Positions 50,735 to 61,317 of a stretch of DNA of 64,000 nt are shown here, in pieces. Numbering within the stretch: position 1 is the stretch's first letter; each line of letters starts with the position of its first letter. The stretch spans positions 110,337,971-110,401,970 of the forward strand of contig NC_085843.1 in assembly GCF_035594765.1 (NCBI RefSeq), given 5' to 3'. Under the pieces are notes generated by a model, which made no database searches, was not told the DNA's origin, and was given only the letters and a program-made list of their open reading frames with translations. The DNA is from Anolis carolinensis. Its lineage: Eukaryota. A program made the translations under genes and the position numbers.

Positions 50735-51300
50735 GACCAAAAGTCCAAAGTGAAATGGATGTAGCCTTCGTGGGCCCCTCCATCAAGTTTGCCACGTGTT
50801 CCTTGCAGCCCTCGTACAGGGCTGATATCATTGTTTGGGAGAAGGTGGTGTGTGAAGGGATCTTGTATCGGGGAGCCAAGAGTGCCAACAAGTGACAGAA
50901 GCCTTCCTGCTCAACCATCCGGGAGGGCTGGTGGTTGAGAGCCAGCATCTCACCCACATGCTGGGTGATCTGCGTGGCAGTGGCCAGCTTTCCCTTGATC
51001 TGATCTTGCCCCTGGTGGGCATGTCCCAAATTTCCAGGGTGGTCTGCATCCTCCCCCCCCCCCCCCAGCAGCAGGGGAAGTAGGAGTACTCTGGCTGCTA
51101 CTGCTGCTGCCAGTTCCTCCATCCACTCTAACCATTGTGTGATGCCTCTTCATGTGCATCCTCAGCTCCGTTGTAGCCAGATGCTTCAAGTCTTCTCCCC
51201 TGATTACTTTTCCATTGCAACACTTGCTCACTGCCTGCATGGCAAACTCAGGATGCATCTGGAAATGATCCCAAAGGTTTGACCTTGGCCTTCCCATCAC
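50735..51300 (-). pseudogene. hAT transposase N-terminal fragment with BED zinc finger
   Basis: RSNLWDHF..KCC..TTELRMHMKRHH (BED finger), then a frameshifted MLALNHQPSRMVEQEGFCHLL..PRYKIPSHTTFS, ending near the first catalytic Asp (IHFTLDFWS). Confidence 0.85.
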
Positions 51301-51810
51301 AATAGTGAGTGTGGGTGTGGTGGTAGGCATGGGGGTAAGGGGAGTGGAGGGTTGATGGTGTAGCCTTCTCTACAGGCCCCTCATCTTGCTCACTGCCAGC
51401 TGGGGACTCAGAGGGAGACTTGGGGAGGGAAAAAAAGCTCTATTAATTCCCCCTTCAGCTTCCAAGACATTATCCTCCTTCTGTGTTTTCTCTATAGGCA
51501 AATCCAGCCCTGCCTCTGCCACAAAAAGGGGAACTGGCAACGGACTGAGAGGGTCAAATCACAGCAGTTCTACTGATACTACCATCACCATCTACACCAC
51601 CCAAAGTTGTATGTTGATGCTTGCTGGGTGCTCCTCTCCCTTTCTTCCCCCCTCAGGAACCACGGGCAGACCCAGAGGATGTATAATCCAACTCACTGGA
51701 AGCTTCATGTTTATTGTATCTCTGGAACACAACTTTGATCAGAGTGTAACAAGACAGCTCGTGTTCTTCTCTGACAGAGAAAGCACTAACAACAGGCAGT
51801 AATCCTATGC

Positions 51811-51934
51811 CAGTGGTTCTCAACCTGTGGGTCCCCAGGTGTTTTGGCTTAGAACTCCCTGAAATCCCAGTCAGTTAGGATTTCTGGAAGTTGAAGGCCA
51901 AAAACATCTGGGGACCCTAGGTTGAGAATCACTG
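51811..51934. mobile_element. hAT MITE with SPIN-like TIRs
   Basis: CAGTGGTTCTCAACCT / AGGTTGAGAATCACTG; TSD TCCTATGC. Confidence 0.9.
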
Positions 51935-51954
51935 TCCTATGCCTAAAAATGCAT

Positions 51955-52290
51955 CTGTGTCCAAGGCAGCTATTAATGCTATGCTATAATATTAGACTCA
52001 AAAGGACTTCAGTTTCCAAATAGGGTTTGTGCTGGACTGGTGTGTAAAAGGCGGCAGCAGCAGCAGCCAGCCAGCCAGTGCCCAGTGTCCAAGGTAGCAT
52101 CTATTAATGCTATGCTATAATATCAGACTCAAAATAATTTCAATTTCCAAGTAGGGTTTTTGCCAGTCTGTGTCCTGTCCAGTGAGGCTGCTATTATACT
52201 CAAAATATCAATTTCAAGTGTCCAAGGCAGCCAGCCAGCCAGCTATTAATGCTATGCTATATTTATTAAACTCAAAATAATTTCAAAGTG
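51955..52290. repeat. About 130-bp subterminal tandem repeats upstream of the BED transposase fragment
   Basis: GTGTCCAAGG(C/T)AGC..CTATTAATGCTATGCTATA..ACTCAAAA occurs three times. Confidence 0.8.
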
Positions 52291-52577
52291 TGTTGCCCCT
52301 TTGCGCAAGTGAATATTATGCAGCAGCCTGCAGCCAGAAACAACTCAAAAGACTGAGCCCAGCAGCCAGCCAGCCACCAATCATCTCCTTCTCCTCTCCG
52401 CTTTCTCCTTCTTTGTGCAAGCTACCTTCTCTGTCTACCTTCTGTCTCTCTTTTTCCTACCTGCCTGTCTGGTGCTCTGCCCTCCTCCCTCGATCCCTTC
52501 CTGAGCATTGTAAACTTTTATTACGGTCAATGACCAGCTCATATCAAGGGCACCCAGTCTCGTACATCCATAGTAGT

Positions 52578-52885
52578 AGGTAAATCCTTCCCCTTGACAT
52601 TAAGTCTAGTCGTGTCCAACTCTGGGGGTTGGTGCTCATCTCAATTTCTAAGCCAAAGAGCCGGCATATCTGTGTGGCCGGCATGACTGCCTGGAGCGCC
52701 GTTACCTTCCTGCCAGAGCGGTACCTATTGATCTATTCACATTTGCATGTTTTTGGATTGCTAGGTTGGCAGAAGCTGGGGCTAACAACAGGAGCTCATC
52801 CTGCTCCCCAGATTCAAACTGCTGACCTTTTGGTCAGCAAATTCAGCAGCTCAGCAGTTTAACCTGCTGCCCCACTGGGGGCTCC
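52578..52885 (-). mobile_element. Sauria SINE
   Basis: Reverse-complement match to 29848-30177. Confidence 0.9.
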
Positions 52886-53437
52886 TGTTATATGCAGAGA
52901 ATGTTTATTTCTTAAGAGTCTGCAATGGAGGCTTGATTGTGGGAAAGAACGGAAATGGAAAATTGGAATTTTTTCTCTCACTTCCAGAACAAAAAAGGTT
53001 CAAATTCAGGATAGTTATTTAGGGAGAGTAATGTGAGTTTATAATTAGATGGATTTTCCTACTTGAAAGAGCTCTCCTTCAAAATATATGTTTATTGGCT
53101 TGCCTGTTTTGACCCTCACATGATTTGAGTGCTGACTCCTAACGCTACACGAGTATTACATTTATTACTTATGCTCTCATCGAAAATGACTGATTTTCCA
53201 TGCAGTATATCACTTATACTATCATATGTGCAGATCCAGGCAGGAAGAAATATATGCATTCATAAATATAATTTCCAGTATTCATTGCTGTCTAAAATCA
53301 TTGGGTTTTCAAAGAAAAATAATCTAGATATCCCTGAAGCTGTGCAATTCCACAGTTTTTATGCAATGAACATATTGAGAATTCCATCTTTCGTCCCTTT
53401 TCTCATTTAACGAATTTTGTTGTTATTATTTTTGTAG

Positions 53438-53580
53438 AAAAGGATCACACAAGGTGCAAGCTTAACAAAATGATGCTTGAAAACAACATGAGTGGAAACA
53501 CCAATTGCCTTAACTGGCAACCACTTGGTACCAGTGACACATGTGAAAACTGGAATGCAACAAAAGAGTCTTCATTATAG
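53438..53580 (+). CDS. Candidate terminal coding exon (unassigned)
   Basis: Branch-like TTTAAC, T-rich tract and TAG acceptor; open frame KDHTRCKLNKMMLENNMSGNTNCLNWQPLGTSDTCENWNATKESSL*; AATAAA at 53632. Protein not recognised. Confidence 0.3.
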
Positions 53581-54555
53581 GGCCTCTCTTCCAGCTCTTT
53601 CCTTTTCTTATTTTGAAAGAGAGTGGGACACAATAAAAGACCTTAGCAGTGTTATCTAGAAGAGAAAGCAAAGAACATCATGATAAAATATATGTGGGAG
53701 GAAGAAGATTCATGAAGAATGCTGTCAACTGTGACTCAGAGAAGGAAAAAGTGAGAGGAAGGTACAAGCTACGCCCACTACATCGATCCAACAGTAGAAT
53801 AAAATTCTGCCAGCATACTTTTATTAAGCTTCCACTCTTGTGCACATCTGTGGAAAATTATTGCCCAGGGAATGAAAGGTATTACCAACCTGAAGTTTAG
53901 CCTCTAGGAGAAATGACCAGACACCATCTTCTCAGATCTCCAGAAGGGACATTGGGTGTTCTTTGATTTCTGTCCCTTCTCCTGGCTGCACAACTGCAGC
54001 TCTATATTGCCCTGGTTCTCCTGCTCTTTTTCTCCCATCACAGTATTAATTGACAGAAAGTGCTCCCAATTGTATCAAGCAGCAATTGCTTTTGCCTTGC
54101 ATATTGTATATGTTCTTCTGCGACATCCTAAACATTTACACTAATATTAGTAATCACAATTGTAAATTACATAGATATTTGTTACTGACTGCCCCTGTTC
54201 CAAAGGCATAAAGTATAAGTGTCAAACTACAGTTTTGAAAATTGAGGTTGAGCAATAGTTTTAATAGCCACTTAAAATGTCATCAAAACAAGGTGAGCTT
54301 TCAGGTTTTTCAGATCCCTTCATTATACTGGGCATTTTGGAACATGAGATAGGAGAGAAACAGAAATGTTCCTAATATTCTGGTCAGAGGTTAAAACTAT
54401 AAGATCTGTAATCACACAAAAATTGTAAGGTACTTAGAAATCACATTTTGAAGTATCAGCTTGTTGGATTGGAGCAGAGGCACTGAGCAAAATGGTACTC
54501 CCCATACCAGCAAAGCTGAGGTTTAAATGTAAGTGTAATTTAAATGTAAGTGTAA

Positions 54556-54810
54556 CTCTGAGGCAGAGAATTCCACTGCTGAACGGCTCTCATAGTTAGG
54601 AACATTAAGAACTTCCTAACTGGGAGAGCTGTTTAGCAGTGGAACTCTTTGCCTCGGAGTGTGGTGGAGGCTCCTTCTTTGGAGGCTTTTAAGCAGAGGC
54701 TGGATGGCCATCTGTTGGGGGTGCTTTGAATGAGATTTTCCTACTTCTTGGCAGGGGGTTGGACTGGATCACCCATGAGGTCTCTTCCAACTCTATGATT
54801 CTATTATTCT
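54556..54810 (+). mobile_element. CR1 3' end with a fold-back inverted duplication at its 5' junction
   Basis: 54556-54602 is the reverse complement of 54613-54659 (7 mismatches in 47); canonical CR1 tail. Confidence 0.88.
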
Positions 54811-55624
54811 AATTTGGATGCATATAACATGCATACATGGTGGGAAATGCATACAAAAATACTTTTTAGGTTAAGCTGAGGAAAGATATAATACAACTAA
54901 AAACAGATTTTCATGCGGATTGATTCAGATACAGATTCTGTTTGAATAACTGTGAAACTGACATGGATCTGGAAAGAGACTGATTTAAGCACTTCTATCT
55001 GCAATAGACAAATTCTCTTCTTAGTATAAATGATATGTTGTAGCAATATATCATTTATACTTGGAAGAGCATCTATTGCCTTATTCTTGTAACTCTGGCT
55101 ATTTCAGGTGAAAATCACTGAATTGGGTGACATAAGTCATCACCAACTGCTTCACTGAGGCAAACCAAACAGAAACAAACTGTTTCCATTGAAGCAAATT
55201 AAATTTCCGCATGTTTTATCGTCTCCTGCCAACAGCTCTTGACTCAATGGTTTCTCAGAGGCTTTTCCAGCCCTGCCACTTTGCAGTCTTTCTTGTAGTG
55301 AAAAGTCGATTGATTTTTAAGAGTATTCTGTAACATGGAGACCAAATGCAATGAATCTCTTATGCAAGGTGAGACTGCTCTGTGGTGCAGTGAACTGTTT
55401 GCTGAAAGGTACACTGCTTGTCCATATTGTGATATCCCTTATGAATATGAAAGTGTTCTTCACTAGACTCCATTATATTTTTTGTTGTCTAATTTCTTGA
55501 CAAACAGCTTCTCAGGTTTAGCTGCCAAACTGTCAGAAGACATTCCTACATCCTTCCTCCTGCTTCAGGGACACACTGCCAAAAAAGAAATGATAGTGTT
55601 TAATTCAAGAGATACTCTCTAAAA

Positions 55625-55761
55625 CAGGCATGGGCAAACCTGGGCTCCAACTCCCACCATTCCTAAACATCTGAGGGGGGAAAGGAAAGGGCCTGAGGCA
55701 GTTGGGGATGGTGGGAGTGGAAGCCCAAAACACCTGGAGGGCCCAAGTTTGCCCAGGCCTG
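55625..55761. mobile_element. hAT MITE
   Basis: CAGGCATGGGCAAAC / GTTTGCCCAGGCCTG; TSD CTCTAAAA/CTGTAAAA. Confidence 0.85.
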
Positions 55762-58639
55762 CTGTAAAATCACACAATCATATGGATGAAGGCAAACTGC
55801 TCCTAGAATCGCACAATCACATGGATGAAAGCAAACTGCTCTCAATTCTTCTTGTAGGCAAACTGTCTTAACTTTATTCTTCTTGCTGTTCAGATCATTG
55901 TCAGATCATAATCAAAGCTGCAAAAGTTCACCCCATAAATGTGGGCAACTGATTGTACTTTTTGCTTGACCTTTTAAGGGATTGGCCCATGACTCTATGC
56001 ATGTTTTGCACTACAACTCCTGCAGATGGGGCTGATGGGAAGTTTAGGTCAAAGCACCTGGAGGGTCATAGTTTCCCCGCCTCTCTTGTAAGGATGTATG
56101 TGAGAACTAAATTACTGAGTCAAAGAAATACTTGGGCACTCAAAAGTCCTTTATTAGTACATATTTTAATCCCATCTTTTCACCAAGGAACTTGGGGATT
56201 TCAACAACTTCCATCTATTTTATGGTCATAAAACACCTGCCAGTAAATTAGATTGAGAGAGAATGACTGGTTCAAGGACATCTAGTGAACTTCATGGGTG
56301 AGCAGGGATTTGAATCTGGGCTTTTTATGTTCTAGTCTGCCATTATGACCTGTCTGCTGTTCAAGAAAAACCAGCATTATCAGCTCCTGTGGGAGATAAA
56401 TTGGCAGGTGAAGCTTTTCACAGTAAAGAAATAAATATCCTTGTCTGTAGATGAAGGCAGTGTTACAAGAGCTGGTGAAAATCTCATCGTCTGGATAACT
56501 GGGAATGTTCTGATCTAACATCTTAGGTGTATACACCAAAACTCCTATTCTCCATTCCCACATATAACTGCACATATTTTAACATATTGCTGGCAGCTTT
56601 GATAATTTTGTAGAAGAGAGGCCTTAAGTAGAAAGATGTAGGTTTTATGAAGCTTGGGATCCTGCATGTAATCCAGGTTTTGCATTTCACCATCCTAAAC
56701 AAGACAATTCCATGTTGATTTTGGCCTGTTACGCCACCTCGAAAGCTCATTCTTCTGTCCCTAAACAGAATGAATAAACCAGTTGGTATGTACTGGAAAT
56801 GGAAATTGTATAGTCCTAAAGCATTCATGTAAAATCTAGGATTCGTGATAATTGACTATGCTGGCTGGGACTAAATGGGGCTATTGGCAGTTGTAATTCA
56901 ACAATACCTGGGGGCCACACAATCTCCACTCCTGGTGTATAAGGGGATATGTAAGCTCCCCAGACATTATTGCCTTTGAACTCCAACCAAGGACATTCTG
57001 CAGAGACCCTTCTTTACTATTTTTCTATTGATTATTCTGAAGGCATTTAATTAGAGACAGAAAAATCCTGTAAATGTTTGGAACATAAATTAGATAAACC
57101 TTTTAATCTTTTGAAGTTGATATGATTTTAGAAATAATACATTATAGGTGGGGTAAAACATGATCTGTACCATGAATCATGTTGTGAATCTTGCAAGTAT
57201 CAACTAAGGAGATTGAAGAAGGTCATATTTTCATAGACAGAGATAAGATCAATGTAAACTAAAAACTCACTGGTAGAATTTTCAAGGTGGGCTCAATTAT
57301 TTAGATTGATTTTTCTTAAAGTTGTTATAGGCATTTGTTAAAATTGCAAGTATGAAATTAAAGTGGGGTTGTCAAAAAAAAACCCATTACCTAATAAATA
57401 TGATTGGGCTCTCTCTAGGGAATACATAAAAGCAGCACAAAATCTGCCAAAGCACAATTCAATTTTAGCTGCTAGTCCTTCCAAAACACTTTGCTGAGCA
57501 AAGAGTGTTAAAAATTAATAATTTACATTGATATCTAAAATTAGTCTTTGATTCCTCATAATGGCTTGGGGAGTTGCTGTTGCTGGATCACACCATCTGC
57601 CACTTGAGGTAGTTACCTCACCTAATGGTGGGTGCTGCAGCAAGCTTGAACAGTTCATTTTTTAATGGTAAGTACAATTTGTGTCTTCACAGAAGCAAAC
57701 TTGCGTTTTATTGGCTTCAGGACACACAAAAGGGACACAAGAGCTGAGACACATCAACCTTCTGGTGATATGAATTATCTTCTGTTCATGACACCAGGTC
57801 ATTGAACATAATAATAGAAATATCTGAATGTATTGCTTTCTACCTTGAGATAAGCCAGATGGATAGTTTGTGTAGAAAATCACTGGGATTGGTTGGAAGA
57901 ATCAAGAATATGGTGAAATTAGGAAAAAAAAATGAAACAATTTGTGGAAATAATGCCATTGAAATGCAGCTGAACATAGGTTTGTAAATTAATATGAGCA
58001 AATTAATAGCATATTTAATGAACAGCATGAGAAATTTCACCCCATAATCTAGGTATGAAGACCAGTGTGGAACTATAAACATTTGTCAATGAGACACTGA
58101 TGCACCTTGGAGCTTTATTTACAGGGCAGCTACAGTAAATGGTTCCAGCCTCATCAAAGCATTGCTGTTACAAAGAGACTCAAGTAAGGAGATGGCTGCT
58201 TTAAATAACATAAGCCATGTTTTTCATGCAGGTGCCAGCCTCGCAAGAGCAGGGGCTTCAGTTAGCGTCCCCTCTTCATCTAGGCTCCTTTGCCTCTCCT
58301 TTGCTACAAAGAAAAGTGTAGGCATTTATCTTGATAAATTTAGCTCCAAATTACTTTATAAGTCCTGCAAAAGTGAGGTTAGCTATTTCCCTTGCGAAAT
58401 ATAAAAACATACAGTCAGTTCTCCACAGGGGTTGGGGCAATCCCCACAAATGTGGAAAATCTGTGAACTTGGAGGCAGTGAGTAGCAAGGGACAGAAATT
58501 GGGCTATTTGGTTGGGCTGATCCCTGTAGCTCTATCTTCCCAAAGCTTGATGCACGGATGCACAGTGAAGGGTTGGTATGTATAGGGCAGGAGTGGAGGC
58601 AGCAGTAAATGTATCCATTTGTGAATATTTAAATATATA

Positions 58640-58940
58640 GTACTGTACCACTATCTGGGTGGAGGCCACCAGGGGGTGCTAGAGAGAAAAGGATACTTTA
58701 TTTAATGGGCGTTGAGAGTTGGTTGAAGGAGTAAAAACCAATACCCCCTGTTTTCCTGTTATTCCCCCCAACCATGCTCCTGTTGTGGAAACAGCCCTCG
58801 TTTATGATATGAGAAGGGAGGGGGGAATAGCCAGCAAAAATGGTGGAAATGGTTTTCCTCCAACTGCCCCCCCCCCCAAATGAAGGCTCCTTCTCTCTCT
58901 AGATGCCCCTAGTGGCCCTGGATAATGAAACAGCACTATA
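58640..58940. repeat. Old palindromic element with CTCF-like motifs in both arms
   Basis: GGCCACCAGGGGGTGCTAGAGAGAAAAGGA pairs with TCCTTCTCTCTCTAGATGCCCCTAGTGGCC. Confidence 0.6.
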
Positions 58941-59601
58941 TGTACAAATGCTTAACCAACAAATATGGATAGACACGTGTACATTCTAGGCTTGTTCAAA
59001 ATGAGACTCTGAATGATTCATAATATAAACAAAAGCCTCTTGCTGGCTTTAGAAGCTATCAGTTCTTACACTGTTTATAAAAATAGCATCCTACTACTGC
59101 TATTTGGTGCTGCTACAACTCCCAATCACATATAGTTTCTTTAACCAGCAAAGAGAAGTTAAAGTGAAAATGTTTCTCTTCCTCTTCTATGTTGCCCACT
59201 GAAGACAGACATTGTTGGGGAAATACATTCTTGAGACTGGTGAACAATGTTGTGATTGGAGGGTTGATTTGATAGCCTCCCTGGATCAGAAGTGTAGTAG
59301 TTTGGTGTGACCCATCAAGTCTTGACATGTGCAAGTCATTTAAGTTCAGCCTGCCCCCTCATGAATCCTCTTGCTTGTTTAACAAGTGACCTATCTTAGG
59401 GTGCAGTGTGAGCTTTGTCAGTTTCTTAGGGATTGGGTAGGAATTCTTTCCCCTTTATGTTTGTGTGAGTTTTTTTTTTTTTTTGCCTACCGCACATTGT
59501 ATGTGAGAGACTTTTACAACTGGCTAATTGATGACAATTAATAGGTCTTCACTGGCACATATGGAGAGGAGAGAATGTAAGAGATGGAATTAGCCTTTTT
59601 G

Positions 59602-60170
59602 GGGCCCTTCCACACAACTATATAATCCAGAATATCTGCTTTGAACTGGATTATCTGAGTCCACACAGCCAGGGCTGTGGCGCAGCTGTTGAGCAGCTGC
59701 CTTAAATCACTCTGACCATGAGGTCATGAGTTCGAGGCCAGCCCGTGGCGGGGTGAGCATCCGTCAATTAAAAATAAAAAATAGCCCCTGCTCGTTGCTG
59801 ACCTAGCAACCCGAAAGATAGTTGCATCTATCAAGTAGGAGATAAGGTACCACTTATAAAAAGTGGGGAGGCAAGATTAACTAATTTATGACCTGGAATG
59901 AGGAAGTGCCGTCAGTGTGGATGATGAAGCAGCTGCTCCCCCCTGTGGCCAGAATCGAACATCCCCTCAGAAGAAGGTTAACTTGCCTCTGCGTGTCTCT
60001 CTCTGTCTCTGTTTGATGTGTTTATGGGCATTGAATGTTTGCCCTATGTGTGTTATAATGTGATCCGCCCTGAGTCCCCTTCGGGGTGAGAAGGGCGGAA
60101 TATAAATACTGTAAATAAATAAATACAATCCAGTTCAATGTGGATTTTATACAGCTGTGTGGAAGGGGCC
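59602..60170. mobile_element. Harbinger-type MITE interrupted by a SINE
   Basis: TIRs GGGCCCTTCCACACAACT / AGCTGTGTGGAAGGGGCC. Confidence 0.75.
59672..60124 (+). mobile_element. tRNA-derived SINE with L2-type tail (long form)
   Basis: Same head and tail as 48536-48763 with an extra internal domain. Confidence 0.88.
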
Positions 60171-60180
60171 TGAGTGTCAC

Positions 60181-61317
60181 TGTCAAGGACAGAACGCCAC
60201 AAGATCAAAGATAACAGAGTTTATTGAATTACAGAACTCAAAAATGCCCGTATAATACAAGGGCCAGGCAGTATTAGCCTTTAGGAGCAAAAAGGGACAA
60301 GGAAAAACGTTCAAAAGATAAACCGGATTAAACCGGAGTTTAATCCGGGTAAAAACAAACTGCTTGCTTCAGCCTGGGGATAAACAAAACAAAAGCCGAG
60401 GAACAAAAGATACAAAAGAATGCAACTAATTGGCAGCAGATTCCTCTCTGCTGCCAGCACTGTGCCTAGAGTAACTTGCGTCGCTCCCACACACACAGAC
60501 AGGATTTCCAACACGAACAGATCAGCCAAGGATTGTAGCAGTAGAGTAGACCCAGTTCCTTTCCGTAGATCAAAGCCAGAAGCAGACGTTTGTAGTTTCC
60601 AAGTCCGAGAAGGGGGAAGTCAAGCCGTGGTCAGTTCAGTCCGAATTTCAAAGCAGGAGATGGCGTCCGTCAAGAAGACGACGGAAGGTCAAGCTAATAA
60701 GAGTAAGCACAGGTTTGCACAAACAAATGCCCACACAATTCCTCCCGCCGTCTGACCCTGAATTCCAAAACAACTTACGTATCAGCACACGAAAACACAC
60801 CAGTCTTCAGGAAAGCGTCCCACACAGATCCCAAGCGTTCGTCCAGATTACCTTGCCCAACGCAATTTGCAATTGCTCCCAAGCCCCATTTTATGCCAGT
60901 TACAAATCCTCATCACTGTCAGCTGTCCTCCTTAACCCGGGCGTTTCCTCATCACTTTCCTCATCAGAGCTGGAACACCTCTGACTACGCCCCACAGCAT
61001 CTCCAGCTGTGGATCCCGTCCCATCCCTCCAGCTTGACCATGGGTCTAATCCTGAAGGTCCCCATTCATCTTCCATCCCATCATTGCCAGTGGCACCCAA
61101 TTCCTCCCTCACCCGAGTCCAATCCATCTCATCCTCCTCCGAGCTAACCAGCCCCTCCTCCATTCTCTCCGTAAACCCCTCAAAAGACTCTTCGTCAGAT
61201 GGTGCTGCAAAAATGTCTCGCAGTCTTTTTCTTTCTCGCTCCTCGAGAGTATCTGACTCTCGAGGAGTCTTACGCCCACGTCTGCCAGTAACAGAGCCAT
61301 GAGGCTCAATCATAACA
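60181..61317 (-). mobile_element. Young solo LTR, 1137 bp (probably Gypsy/Ty3-type)
   Basis: TG...CA termini; perfect 5-bp TSD GTCAC (60176-60180, 61318-61322); minus-strand CATAAAA (60889-60895) and AATAAA (60220-60225); CpG-rich. Confidence 0.93.
60900..61313 (-). CDS. 137-aa acidic U3-encoded protein with an NLS-like patch and a LEDGF/TND-binding-like FxGF motif
   Basis: ATG at LTR position 5; intact frame; GRRGRK and RERKRLR basic patches; DIFAAPSDEESFEGF; several S-x-x-E/D CK2-type sites; stop 4 nt before the TATA-like box. Confidence 0.6.
   Translation of the reverse strand: MIEPHGSVTGRRGRKTPRESDTLEERERKRLRDIFAAPSDEESFEGFTERMEEGLVSSEEDEMDWTRVREELGATGNDGMEDEWGPSGLDPWSSWRDGTGSTAGDAVGRSQRCSSSDEESDEETPGLRRTADSDEDL

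Noticed and set aside
50727-51330. Domesticated ZBED-type gene
   Set aside because: Frameshifted, BED Cys altered, truncated at the first catalytic Asp and flanked by subterminal repeats; this is a dead hAT fragment.
51955-52290. CRISPR-like repeat/spacer array
   Set aside because: Diverged long tandem units in eukaryotic transposon context, with no unique constant-length spacers and no cas genes.
56282-56828. Overlapping 97- and 101-aa minus-strand ORFs
   Set aside because: No recognisable motif or coherent splice structure; lengths are compatible with chance.
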